Below are positions 8,884 to 16,397 of a stretch of 39,046 nt of DNA, in pieces (positions within the stretch are counted from its first letter, which is position 1; each line of letters starts with the position of its first letter). The DNA is from Helicobacteraceae bacterium 4484_230. Lineage in GTDB: Bacteria; Campylobacterota; Campylobacteria; Campylobacterales; Sulfurimonadaceae. Both the position numbers and the translations under genes were made by a program. The notes under the pieces were generated by a model. That model saw nothing but the letters and a program-made list of their open reading frames with translations, had not been told where the DNA came from and made no database searches. Location of the stretch: the NCBI GenBank assembly GCA_002085085.1, contig MZGN01000014.1:1-39046 (forward strand), read 5' to 3'.

Positions 8884-9376
8884 TCAGCTGCTGCGTGAAT
8901 TCAAATATCTGAAAGATATTGAAAAGCCCCGTGTAAACAGGGAGAAGCAGATAGCGGCAGAGCAGGGTGACCGCTCCGAAAATGCCGAATATCATGCCGC
9001 AAAAGAGAAGCTCCGCCATATAGACAAAAGACTTTTTTATCTCAATTCCATGATCGAGAAGACGCAGATCATTGACCCGGCCGAGCTTGACCATTCCAGG
9101 GCTCATTTCGGCATTACAGCCACTTTGGAAGATCTTGACAACGGAGAGGAAGAGGTTTATACGATCTGCGGAGTACTTGAAGCAGAGGCGGAAAACGGCC
9201 TGATCTCCATTCATGCGCCTCTGTCGAGGGCAATGCTGGGGAAAAAAGTCGGCGACGAATTTACGGTTCGCCTTCCCAAAGGGAAAAAAGAGTACGAAGT
9301 CGTGGCGTTGGAGTATATCCCAGTATTTGAGCGCAAGAAACAGCACCGCAGCGAAGAGGATTTTGGGTTTAAGTAG
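8849..9376 (+). CDS. greA: transcription elongation factor GreA
   Basis: The track ORF starts at 8813. The TTG at 8849 gives (M)KTEPITPDGYDQLLREFKYLKDIEKP...GDRSENAEYHAAKEKL, matching the canonical GreA N-terminus and coiled-coil motif. GGAGG lies upstream. Confidence 0.85.
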   Translation: MKTEPITPDGYDQLLREFKYLKDIEKPRVNREKQIAAEQGDRSENAEYHAAKEKLRHIDKRLFYLNSMIEKTQIIDPAELDHSRAHFGITATLEDLDNGEEEVYTICGVLEAEAENGLISIHAPLSRAMLGKKVGDEFTVRLPKGKKEYEVVALEYIPVFERKKQHRSEEDFGFK

Positions 9377-9515
9377 TATGGTGGAGGTATGTTTTGGGAA
9401 AATTTTACACAAAACAAAGCTTCCTGTGGGTATTTCATGGAAAATCCTGATATTGCAATGCTTTTGTAGTGCTTAAGCACTATACTTGTTTTTAATCAAT
9501 AAACAAGGATAAAAA

Positions 9516-10151
9516 ATGACAAAAATTCTTTCCCTTTCTGCCATTGCTGTAACTGCTATATTGGTTGGCTGCGGTGGCGGAGGCAGCAGCTCGACGGGAG
9601 GTGGTGGCAATCCTGCTGCTGCAAAAAACGGCGGTATCTTTGTAGACTCTCCTGTCAAAGGGCTCTCTTATGTCTGTCAGGCATCGGGAACATCCGGTAA
9701 AACAGATGCCGCCGGACGTTACGATTGTGCCGCAGGCGATACGACAGTTACTTTTGCTATAGGAACGCGCAATATCGGAACAACCATGATTGCACCTGTG
9801 ATTACGCCACGATCGTTCTTTAACGGGACCGGCCGTGATGATGAGATACTGAATCTTGCCCAGCTTCTGCAGACAATGGACAAAGACGGCAATCCGGACA
9901 ATGGTATAGAGCTTGATGATGCTGTCGTTGTGAACTGGCAGAGTAACCATACAGGATTTGACAATGCTGCTTTTGATAGTCTTGTTTCAAACGAACTTGG
10001 TAAAACACTGGTGTCTGAGAGTACGGCAAAAAACCACCTCAACAATACACTCTCATCAATGGGCCTTGATAGTATTTTTTCCGGCAGTTCAAGCAGTGTC
10101 TCATCAAGTAGCAGTTCAAGCAGTGTCTCATCAAGCCGGAGTCATTGTTGA
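9516..10151 (+). CDS. lipoprotein with a Gly-rich tether and Ser-rich C-terminus
   Basis: 211-aa ORF. Signal peptide plus lipobox LVGC, followed by GGGGSSSTGGGG. Ends in SSSSVSSSSSSSSVSSSRSHC, encoded by the 27-bp repeat. Confidence 0.7.
   Translation: MTKILSLSAIAVTAILVGCGGGGSSSTGGGGNPAAAKNGGIFVDSPVKGLSYVCQASGTSGKTDAAGRYDCAAGDTTVTFAIGTRNIGTTMIAPVITPRSFFNGTGRDDEILNLAQLLQTMDKDGNPDNGIELDDAVVVNWQSNHTGFDNAAFDSLVSNELGKTLVSESTAKNHLNNTLSSMGLDSIFSGSSSSVSSSSSSSSVSSSRSHC
10084..10135. repeat. in-frame tandem repeat, 27-bp period, encoding the Ser-rich tract
   Basis: gcagttcaagcagtgtctcatcaag occurs at 10084-10108 and 10111-10135. The 25-nt copies are identical and separated by 2 nt. Confidence 0.9.
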
Positions 10152-10540
10152 TCAATAGTCCGGCAGATATCAGAGGATATAGATTATCTTCCGTTGTCGT
10201 GGATTCTGGTTTCGGCAGTGAAAGCATTGTTGTAGAAATTGCCTGCGATGGCAAATTTCAGCAGGATTGGACGCAGAAATATAACGGTATGGATCCAAGT
10301 GTGAAGACCATCAAGGGCAATGAGATCTATCTTGAACCTGTTACGGGACTTAGCCAGACCCCGGCGGTAAGGCTCCGTTGGTCCGGCCTGGACAAATACG
10401 GTCAAACAGCCGACGGCAATATTTATCTCGGAGGTGACAACACTCTACTTAAAGAGGGGCAGTCTTGTTTCAACGATCTTGATTGCACAAACAACGGCTA
10501 TTCTCTCAAGAGTATTGAGAAAATCGAGACCTGCCGGTAG
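10145..10540 (+). CDS. hypothetical Cys-containing protein; a separate gene or the frameshifted C-terminal part of the preceding lipoprotein
   Basis: 131-aa ORF with a TTG start overlapping the upstream stop by 7 nt and GGAG just upstream. It has no signal peptide of its own, and its frame opens inside the Ser-rich repeat. Confidence 0.45.
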   Translation: MLINSPADIRGYRLSSVVVDSGFGSESIVVEIACDGKFQQDWTQKYNGMDPSVKTIKGNEIYLEPVTGLSQTPAVRLRWSGLDKYGQTADGNIYLGGDNTLLKEGQSCFNDLDCTNNGYSLKSIEKIETCR

Positions 10541-10559
10541 TCATCATTACTCTTTTTTT

Positions 10560-10575
10560 CCGGGTTCCCGCCCGG
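10560..10575 (+). terminator. GC-rich hairpin after the 10145-10540 ORF
   Basis: ccggg-ttcccg-cccgg followed by gcttggttttgt. Lies between convergent genes. Confidence 0.4.
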
Positions 10576-10681
10576 GCTTGGTTTTGTATCACAAATTTAT
10601 TATTCTGCTGGACAATACCTATAATCAGACTATTAACAGAAAGTGTTTGTCGAGACTAGGGCTTTATTTTAGCAAATATGC

Positions 10682-11392
10682 TTAAGAGTGAGTTGCAGTT
10701 CGTTCTATATTTGAAATAGTTTTGTCGATATCACTGATTTTTTGAGGGTAGGCAAAGTAGTATCCCTGGAAAAATTTACATCCAAGCTGTTTTAAAAATT
10801 CAAAATGCTCCTCTGTCTCGATCCCCTCCGCTACTACATCAAGCTCAAAAGCTTCTCCTAAAAGTAAAACCACTTTTATTATCGCTACGTCATTTTTATT
10901 GGAAATCATATTTCCTACAAAAGACCGGTCTATTTTAACCTGGTTGAGCGGCAGGTTTCTCAAATATCTTAATGATGAATACCCTGTGCCAAAATCGTCT
11001 AAAGATATTTGTATGCCGAGTTTTTGCAACTGTTTCATTTTCTGAATGACCGTATCGATGTTGTCTACCAAAATGGACTCGGTCAGCTCGATCTTAAGGC
11101 TGTTGCGTCTAATACCGCATTCTTTGATGATCTTTTTTGTCTGCTCCAGAAACTCCTCCTGATTGAACTGTTTGGCACTTATATTTACAGCAAGTGTCCA
11201 GCCAGATGTTGTGGGATTCTTTTGCCAAAGCGTGAGTTGCGTACAAGCCGTTCGCATTACCCAGAGGCCAATAGGCAGGATCAGTCCTGTTCTCTCTGCA
11301 ATGGGTATAAACTCTGCAGGAGATATCATGCCTTTTTCAGGATGGTTCCACCTGATCAACGCTTCGGCGCCGTAAGCTTTTCGGTTTTGGTT
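10682..11392 (-). pseudogene. EAL (c-di-GMP phosphodiesterase) domain remnant, out of frame with the upstream GGDEF ORF and missing its N-terminal segment
   Basis: The frame opens right after a TGA at 11393-11395 and reads NQNRKAYGAEALIRWNHPEKGMISPAEFIPIAERTG...KIELTES...LDDFGTGYSSL...KIDRSF...VVAEGIETEE...QGYYFAYP. These are EAL motifs, but the expected (F/L)xLxYQP segment and the linker are absent. Confidence 0.8.
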
Positions 11393-12908
11393 TCAGTAAC
11401 GCATTGGCATCTTTATCATCCTGATTGTACAGGGATATGCCGACATATGGGATAGGGTGAATTGTTTTATCGTTCAACTTAAAAGGCTGGGTCAGTATCG
11501 TTATCAGCTGCTGGGCCACTGTTTCGCATTGTACGGAAGCATTGACTTTGTCTCCATCTATATAGCTGAACCACATTGCAAACTCATCGCCGCCAACCCT
11601 ACCTATCATATCACTGTATTTAAAGCTGTCCCTTAACCTGTTTGTAATCTGCTGCAGCAGCAGATCTCCGACGGTATGTCCATATGCATCATTTATCATT
11701 TTAAAATCCTGCAGATCAAAACAGATCAGGGCGCCCCAGCCCTGCTGCCTGTCCTCATCCAGATGCTGTTGGATATTCTGTATCAGCATCTCCCTGTTGG
11801 CCAGGCCGGTTAAAGTGTCATAGTGTCTAAGATACTGTAATTTTTTCTCCGTCTCTTTCTGCAAGGTTAAATCTACAAATGATGCAACGTAGTAGATAGT
11901 ATTTTCATCATTGTCAAGTACTGCCTGAATGGTAAGGTATTCGGGAAATACCGTACCGTTTTTGCGGCGGTTGTATATCTCTCCGGCCCAATAGTGCTGT
12001 TTGTTCAGAGTCTCATACATATTTTTATAAAACTCGTCACTTTGTTGCCCTGAATTCAGGATGGAAGGGGTTTTGCCTATAACTTCATCCGGCCTATAGC
12101 CTGTAATCTCCGTAAAGGCTTTGTTTATCTGTAAAATATTTTGATCGGCATCTGTAATTGTCATTCCACTCTGTGTTTCAAATGCTACCGCAGCTATTTT
12201 TTGAGCTTTCTGGGAGGACTCCATTCTCTCCAGCATGGCATTCACTTCTTCATATAGTTTGCCATACTCATTTTTTTCTTTTGTGAATATCCTCTGTTTC
12301 AATGGGTCAAAGAAGTCTATTTTTTCCAAAAACAGGACTAGTTTCAGTATGGGTTCCGTAAACTGTTTTGCGAAAAATATAGCTAACAAGTAAGACATCA
12401 AAAGCATAAACAGGAGTATCATTACAAGTGTGATGATATTGTGCTTGATCACATCCCATATGGTCTTGATCTGTATATTAAGCTGTATATAGCCCAGTCG
12501 TGTATCCTGATATTTGGCGTCAATGTATAATTTCAGTGTATTTCCGATAATTTTGAATCCTCTTTGGGACTCAGGCGGCAGGGGTGTAACACGGAAGCTT
12601 GTATTTTTTTTGCTGTATTGAAAAATGGCTTTGCCGTTTAGTTTGTGAAGCACCATAGTGTTCAGGTCGGGAAAAGATTTCAGTTTTGATGTAATATCTG
12701 CTGCCGCTGACATTTCGTTTAGTAAAATCAATTTGGCAATATCCTGCCCCAAAACAAGCCCGACTGTTTCTGCCAGGTTCAAAGACCTGTTCTGCTGATC
12801 GTCCATATACCAGTAAACAAAACTGCCATATCCCACAAGGCTTGTCAGTGTAGCGACCAGTAAGATTATCCCGATAAGCCTTTTCTTAATAGAACCCTGG
12901 TGTTTCAT
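11337..12908 (-). CDS. membrane sensor with PAS and GGDEF (diguanylate cyclase) domains; C-terminus aberrant as assembled
   Basis: 523-aa ORF. Two TM segments flank a ~140-aa periplasmic region. PAS (GMTITDADQNILQINKAFTEITGY), then GGDEF (RVGGDEFAMW). The homology ends at ...DKDANALLK, followed by 19 unrelated residues and a stop. Confidence 0.8.
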   Translation of the reverse strand: MKHQGSIKKRLIGIILLVATLTSLVGYGSFVYWYMDDQQNRSLNLAETVGLVLGQDIAKLILLNEMSAAADITSKLKSFPDLNTMVLHKLNGKAIFQYSKKNTSFRVTPLPPESQRGFKIIGNTLKLYIDAKYQDTRLGYIQLNIQIKTIWDVIKHNIITLVMILLFMLLMSYLLAIFFAKQFTEPILKLVLFLEKIDFFDPLKQRIFTKEKNEYGKLYEEVNAMLERMESSQKAQKIAAVAFETQSGMTITDADQNILQINKAFTEITGYRPDEVIGKTPSILNSGQQSDEFYKNMYETLNKQHYWAGEIYNRRKNGTVFPEYLTIQAVLDNDENTIYYVASFVDLTLQKETEKKLQYLRHYDTLTGLANREMLIQNIQQHLDEDRQQGWGALICFDLQDFKMINDAYGHTVGDLLLQQITNRLRDSFKYSDMIGRVGGDEFAMWFSYIDGDKVNASVQCETVAQQLITILTQPFKLNDKTIHPIPYVGISLYNQDDKDANALLKPKPKSLRRRSVDQVEPS

Positions 12909-12920
12909 ATCTGCCGGATA

Positions 12921-13808
12921 CTACTTTTTGGATGGATTCGTTATGGGAACGGCTGGATCATTTCCCCATTCAAGCCAGGAGCCGTCATATACGGCGGCTT
13001 TGTATCCCAGTTCCTGTAAAACTATATAATTCAGTGCCGCTTCCGCACCCCCGTCGCAATACAGGATTATCTCTTTGTCTTTCGGCAAGTCTTTGTAAAC
13101 GCTTTTCAACTCATTTAGATCTCTCATGCGGTTGCCTGAAGCAGCAACTTCATAGTTTTGGGTACACGGATAGTTCAGCGCTGTTGGAATATGTCCAAAT
13201 CTTGAAGCCAGTGATTTTTGACCTTCATAATGAGTGTGCACTCTTCCGTCAATGATCGTCTTTTTATTTATGGCAAGTAGAGTGTCTAGTTTCGTTTTTA
13301 TTTTTGCATTGTCAATTCTTGGAATGAACTCTTTTCTTTTGGGTTTAAACACTTCGGTGCTTACTGGCAGCTCACCTTTTTTCCAGCCGCCGTAAGCAAC
13401 TTTCAGTATACCAACATTGTCATGTCCCAAAAATTCCAAAATCCAGTACAGTCTCGCAGCCCACGCAAAAGCTCCGCTGTCATAAACGACCACCAGGCTG
13501 TCCTTGTCGATTCCTGCATCACTTAGCGTATCTTTCATGATCTCAAGTTTCGGCATTAAAAGTTTTTGGTCAAAAAGGATTTGTGCAGATGGCTGCCCCG
13601 GCATATTTACAGCGCCTTTTATATGCCCCTTCAGATACTTTTCTTTCGGCTGCAGATCGATTATAACAACCCTGGGATTGTCAATGTTTTTCTTTAGCCA
13701 GCTTACCGGCACAATGGCAGGAATTTCTTTGTTTTTGCTATCCGCTTCAGAAGCAAATAAAAAGCCCGAAAATACCAGCAACAGCACAACTAATCTTGTG
13801 TAACTCAT
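12921..13808 (-). CDS. periplasmic tandem-rhodanese sulfurtransferase (thiosulfate/3-mercaptopyruvate type)
   Basis: 295-aa ORF with signal peptide (LLLVFSGFLFASEA) and two rhodanese modules. Active-site loop YCDGGAEA is in the second. GHIKGAVNMP and GHIPTALNYP motifs. Its stop lies 12 nt before the sensor gene start. Confidence 0.8.
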   Translation of the reverse strand: MSYTRLVVLLLVFSGFLFASEADSKNKEIPAIVPVSWLKKNIDNPRVVIIDLQPKEKYLKGHIKGAVNMPGQPSAQILFDQKLLMPKLEIMKDTLSDAGIDKDSLVVVYDSGAFAWAARLYWILEFLGHDNVGILKVAYGGWKKGELPVSTEVFKPKRKEFIPRIDNAKIKTKLDTLLAINKKTIIDGRVHTHYEGQKSLASRFGHIPTALNYPCTQNYEVAASGNRMRDLNELKSVYKDLPKDKEIILYCDGGAEAALNYIVLQELGYKAAVYDGSWLEWGNDPAVPITNPSKK

Positions 13809-14087
13809 AATTCACTCCTTCTTCGGGCAACAAAAACCTTCTATCCATTAGACTTTCAAGATTTTAGAGACGCCCATAACTTTAATTATTATCCAGTATA
13901 CCACAAATAGTGAAAAATAATTCAATCCGGATATGTATTTTTGAACAAGGTGTGTTTGTATGGTAATTTTTGGCAAGATTGTCAAAAATATGGAACAAAA
14001 GTTATTTTGATGGCTAACAAGTTGATTAAAACACAGTAAAGATAATTTATTTGAAAAAATATAAAGAAAAAAGTACAAGAAGAGGAA

Positions 14088-14164
14088 TGGCGCGGTGGAC
14101 GAGACTCGAACTCGCGACCCCCTGCGTGACAGGCAGGTATTCTAACCAACTGAACTACCACCGC
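14088..14164 (-). tRNA. tRNA-Asp (GTC), CCA encoded
   Basis: The reverse complement GCGGTGGTAGTTCAGTTGGTTAGAATACCTGCCTGTCACGCAGGGGGTCGCGAGTTCGAGTCTCGTCCACCGCGCCA folds as a cloverleaf with anticodon loop CTGTCAC. Confidence 0.95.
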
Positions 14165-14251
14165 AACCGGAAATAAGATTTTAAACGATTAATGATTAAT
14201 TATCAATGAAAGTTCATTAATAATTTAAAATTAATAATTCAAAATTGTAAA

Positions 14252-14327
14252 TGGTGGGCACTACTGGACTCGAACCAGTGACATCTACCTTGTAAGGGTA
14301 GCGCTCTACCAACTGAGCTAAGCGCCC
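14252..14327 (-). tRNA. tRNA-Val (TAC), CCA encoded
   Basis: Reverse complement GGGCGCTTAGCTCAGTTGGTAGAGCGCTACCCTTACAAGGTAGATGTCACTGGTTCGAGTCCAGTAGTGCCCACCA, anticodon loop CTTACAA. Confidence 0.95.
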
Positions 14328-14546
14328 ATTTTTATGCTTTGTGCCTTACTCTGCGTTAATGCTTCCTTTGGATACCGGTGTATACCTCAGTCTGCATTGC
14401 CTTGATTAAGACAAAAATCATCAAAATGTCAAAATATGCTTTGTTTAATCGTCACATACAAAAGTATGTTTCCTCTTTCACAAATTAACTTTTACTTTGC
14501 CTATAATAAAAAAAGGCATTAAAAATAAGTATAGAACACACCAAAT

Positions 14547-14622
14547 TGGCGACCCCTAAAGGATTTGAACCTCTGTCCCTACCATGAAGTGATAGTGTCC
14601 TTGGCCACTAGACGAAAGGGTC
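14547..14622 (-). tRNA. tRNA-Glu (TTC), CCA encoded
   Basis: Reverse complement GACCCTTTCGTCTAGTGGCCAAGGACACTATCACTTCATGGTAGGGACAGAGGTTCAAATCCTTTAGGGGTCGCCA. The acceptor stem pairs (one G-U) and the anticodon loop is ACTTCAT. Confidence 0.9.
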
Positions 14623-14633
14623 AGGATTATAAA

Positions 14634-14709
14634 TGGTGGGCACTACTGGACTCGAACCAGTGACATCTACCTTGTAAGGGTAGCGCTCTACCAACTGAGC
14701 TAAGCGCCC
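14634..14709 (-). tRNA. tRNA-Val (TAC), second identical copy
   Basis: Sequence identical to 14252-14327. Lies 11 nt upstream (in the transcription direction) of tRNA-Glu. Confidence 0.95.
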
Positions 14710-14862
14710 AAAATATCGCTTTTTACTTTACTCTGCGTCAATACTTCCTTCGGATACCGATGTATTCCTCAGTCTGCATTTCCTTAATTAAAGAAAAAAT
14801 CAATTATTTTGATTTTTATGTTTTGTGTCTTGATTAAGACAAAAATCATCAAAATGTAAAAA

Positions 14863-14939
14863 TGGCGCGGTGGACGAGACTCGAACTCGCGACCCCCTGC
14901 GTGACAGGCAGGTATTCTAACCAACTGAACTACCACCGC
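14863..14939 (-). tRNA. tRNA-Asp (GTC), second identical copy
   Basis: Sequence identical to 14088-14164. Confidence 0.95.
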
Positions 14940-15039
14940 AATTAAATAAACTCGTTTTTGAATCAGTTGTGCTTAAGATTAAAGTGAAGCGTACAATTAG
15001 GTACGTGAGCTTTAAGCTTGAGTGCAAAAGATCAAAAAA

Positions 15040-15115
15040 TGGTGTCCTGTGTAGGATTCGAACCTACGGCCACCTCATTAAAAGTGAGATGCTCTACCGG
15101 CTGAGCTAACAAGAC
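15040..15115 (-). tRNA. tRNA-Lys (TTT), CCA encoded
   Basis: Reverse complement GTCTTGTTAGCTCAGCCGGTAGAGCATCTCACTTTTAATGAGGTGGCCGTAGGTTCGAATCCTACACAGGACACCA, anticodon loop CTTTTAA. Confidence 0.95.
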
Positions 15116-15141
15116 ATCAACACAACGAATTGTGAGGCGAA

Positions 15142-15170
15142 ATTATAGATAAAAGAGACTCAATTGTCAA
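15142..15170 (-). promoter_or_regulatory. consensus sigma-70 promoter for the tRNA cluster
   Basis: The minus strand reads TTGACA (15170-15165), a 17-nt spacer, then TATAAT (15147-15142). The -10 element ends about 26 nt upstream of the tRNA-Lys 5' end. Confidence 0.7.
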
Positions 15171-15183
15171 GAGTTGATGACGA

Positions 15184-16245
15184 TTATTGAAAAAAAACTT
15201 CTTTATCGGTCAAAAGCAGCATTTTTACTGCATAAAATACACTTTGCTCCTGAATGTAATTTCTATCCCCTTTAAAGTGCAAAATCTCTGTTTGCAATCT
15301 TGTTTTCGAGCGTGCCGAGATGCATACTGTACCTACCGGCTTCTCATCTGATCCGCCGTCCGGTCCTGCTATGCCGCTTACAGACACAGAGTAGTCGGCA
15401 CTGCTTACATTCAGTGCTCCTTCACTCATCTCATCTACAACTTCCTTGCTTACGGCCCCGAATTTGGCAAGAGTATTTTCATCTACGGCAAGCCAGTTCG
15501 CTTTTAAAGTATTGCAGTATGTGACCAATGAGCCTTCAAATACCACTGAAGCGCCGCTTTGAGCGGTAAAAAAACTGCTTAGCAGGCCACCTGTACAGCT
15601 TTCTGCAAAAGTTATCTTTTTTTGATGAGTGCCTAGCTGATCAATTATGTGTTTTGCAATATTTGGGCTTGCTATTACACGGTTTTGATACTGCTCTTTT
15701 ACGGCAGCTAAAAACAGCTCCATATTTCCAAAGCGGTTGTTCGAAGCAGTAACCTTGATCCATCCGTCTACGATTTGTGAAAAGGTGATTTTAATATTAT
15801 GTGTCTGAGCAAGCGGCTTCAAGTGCTGCTGCAGAAGATCCATACTCTCTTCAAAAATATGCAGTGTTTGTGTTTCATCAGAGTATTCAAGCAAAATATT
15901 TGGCAGCAGTTCGTTCTCCATAGCAACGATCACGTTTACCTTTGCACTGCTGCAGCTTAAAAGGTAGCTGCCTTTTTCGTATTGTATGCTATGCGAAGGC
16001 ATCAGCATCTCTTCCGACAGAGTCAAATTATCCTCTGTTATTGTGCTTAAAAGCTTGCCTACTACCGTAAAACTATTCGTGCTTGTTGCGATAACAGTTA
16101 TCGTATTCTCTTTAAGCTCCTGATCCAAATGGAGAAAAAGGGATCTGTCGGATTCGTTAAAATAGTTTATTGAAGTACATTTTCCGATGGAGTCTTCAAC
16201 CCGGCGGATAACATAGTGCTGCAAAGAGATATTTTGTTTAAACAT
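15184..16245 (-). CDS. CinA-family protein: C-terminal PncC/CinA nicotinamide-nucleotide amidase domain with an unrecognised N-terminal region
   Basis: The track ORF extends to 16365. I prefer the ATG at 16243-16245 (MFKQNISLQ...). The C-terminal part, TFAESCTGGLLSSFFTAQSGASVVFEGSLVTYCN...VSGIAGPDGGSDEKPVGTV, is a CinA C-terminal signature. The start is uncertain. Confidence 0.7.
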   Translation of the reverse strand: MFKQNISLQHYVIRRVEDSIGKCTSINYFNESDRSLFLHLDQELKENTITVIATSTNSFTVVGKLLSTITEDNLTLSEEMLMPSHSIQYEKGSYLLSCSSAKVNVIVAMENELLPNILLEYSDETQTLHIFEESMDLLQQHLKPLAQTHNIKITFSQIVDGWIKVTASNNRFGNMELFLAAVKEQYQNRVIASPNIAKHIIDQLGTHQKKITFAESCTGGLLSSFFTAQSGASVVFEGSLVTYCNTLKANWLAVDENTLAKFGAVSKEVVDEMSEGALNVSSADYSVSVSGIAGPDGGSDEKPVGTVCISARSKTRLQTEILHFKGDRNYIQEQSVFYAVKMLLLTDKEVFFQ

Positions 16246-16397
16246 ATCCCCTACAAAAAGAAGTTGTTTTTTCAAGCGGTTTGCCTTGTTGGATGTATAT
16301 TGCTGTATGAAGTGTAGTATAACATAGAGACAGCTTTTTTTAATGCCATAAACAGTATAATGCAAAAATTTTATAAGTTATATATTCAAGGTTATAA

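Noticed and set aside
13848-14078. 76-aa ORF in the AT-rich region between the rhodanese gene and tRNA-Asp.
   Set aside because: The peptide is low-complexity and Phe/Ile/Leu-rich, as expected from AT-rich non-coding DNA. It has no RBS. The region more likely holds the rhodanese operon promoter.
14328-14862. Repeated spacer blocks between the tRNA genes considered as a possible CRISPR array or miniature mobile element.
   Set aside because: There are only two or three diverged copies with irregular spacing, always in the same position relative to duplicated tRNA genes, and no terminal inverted repeats. A segmental tRNA-plus-spacer duplication explains them.
10576-15183. Integrase, excisionase or phage genes that would mark a tRNA-associated genomic island.
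   Set aside because: No such ORF is present in any frame, and I found no direct repeat of a tRNA 3' end. I therefore describe the AT-rich segment only as a compositionally deviant islet.
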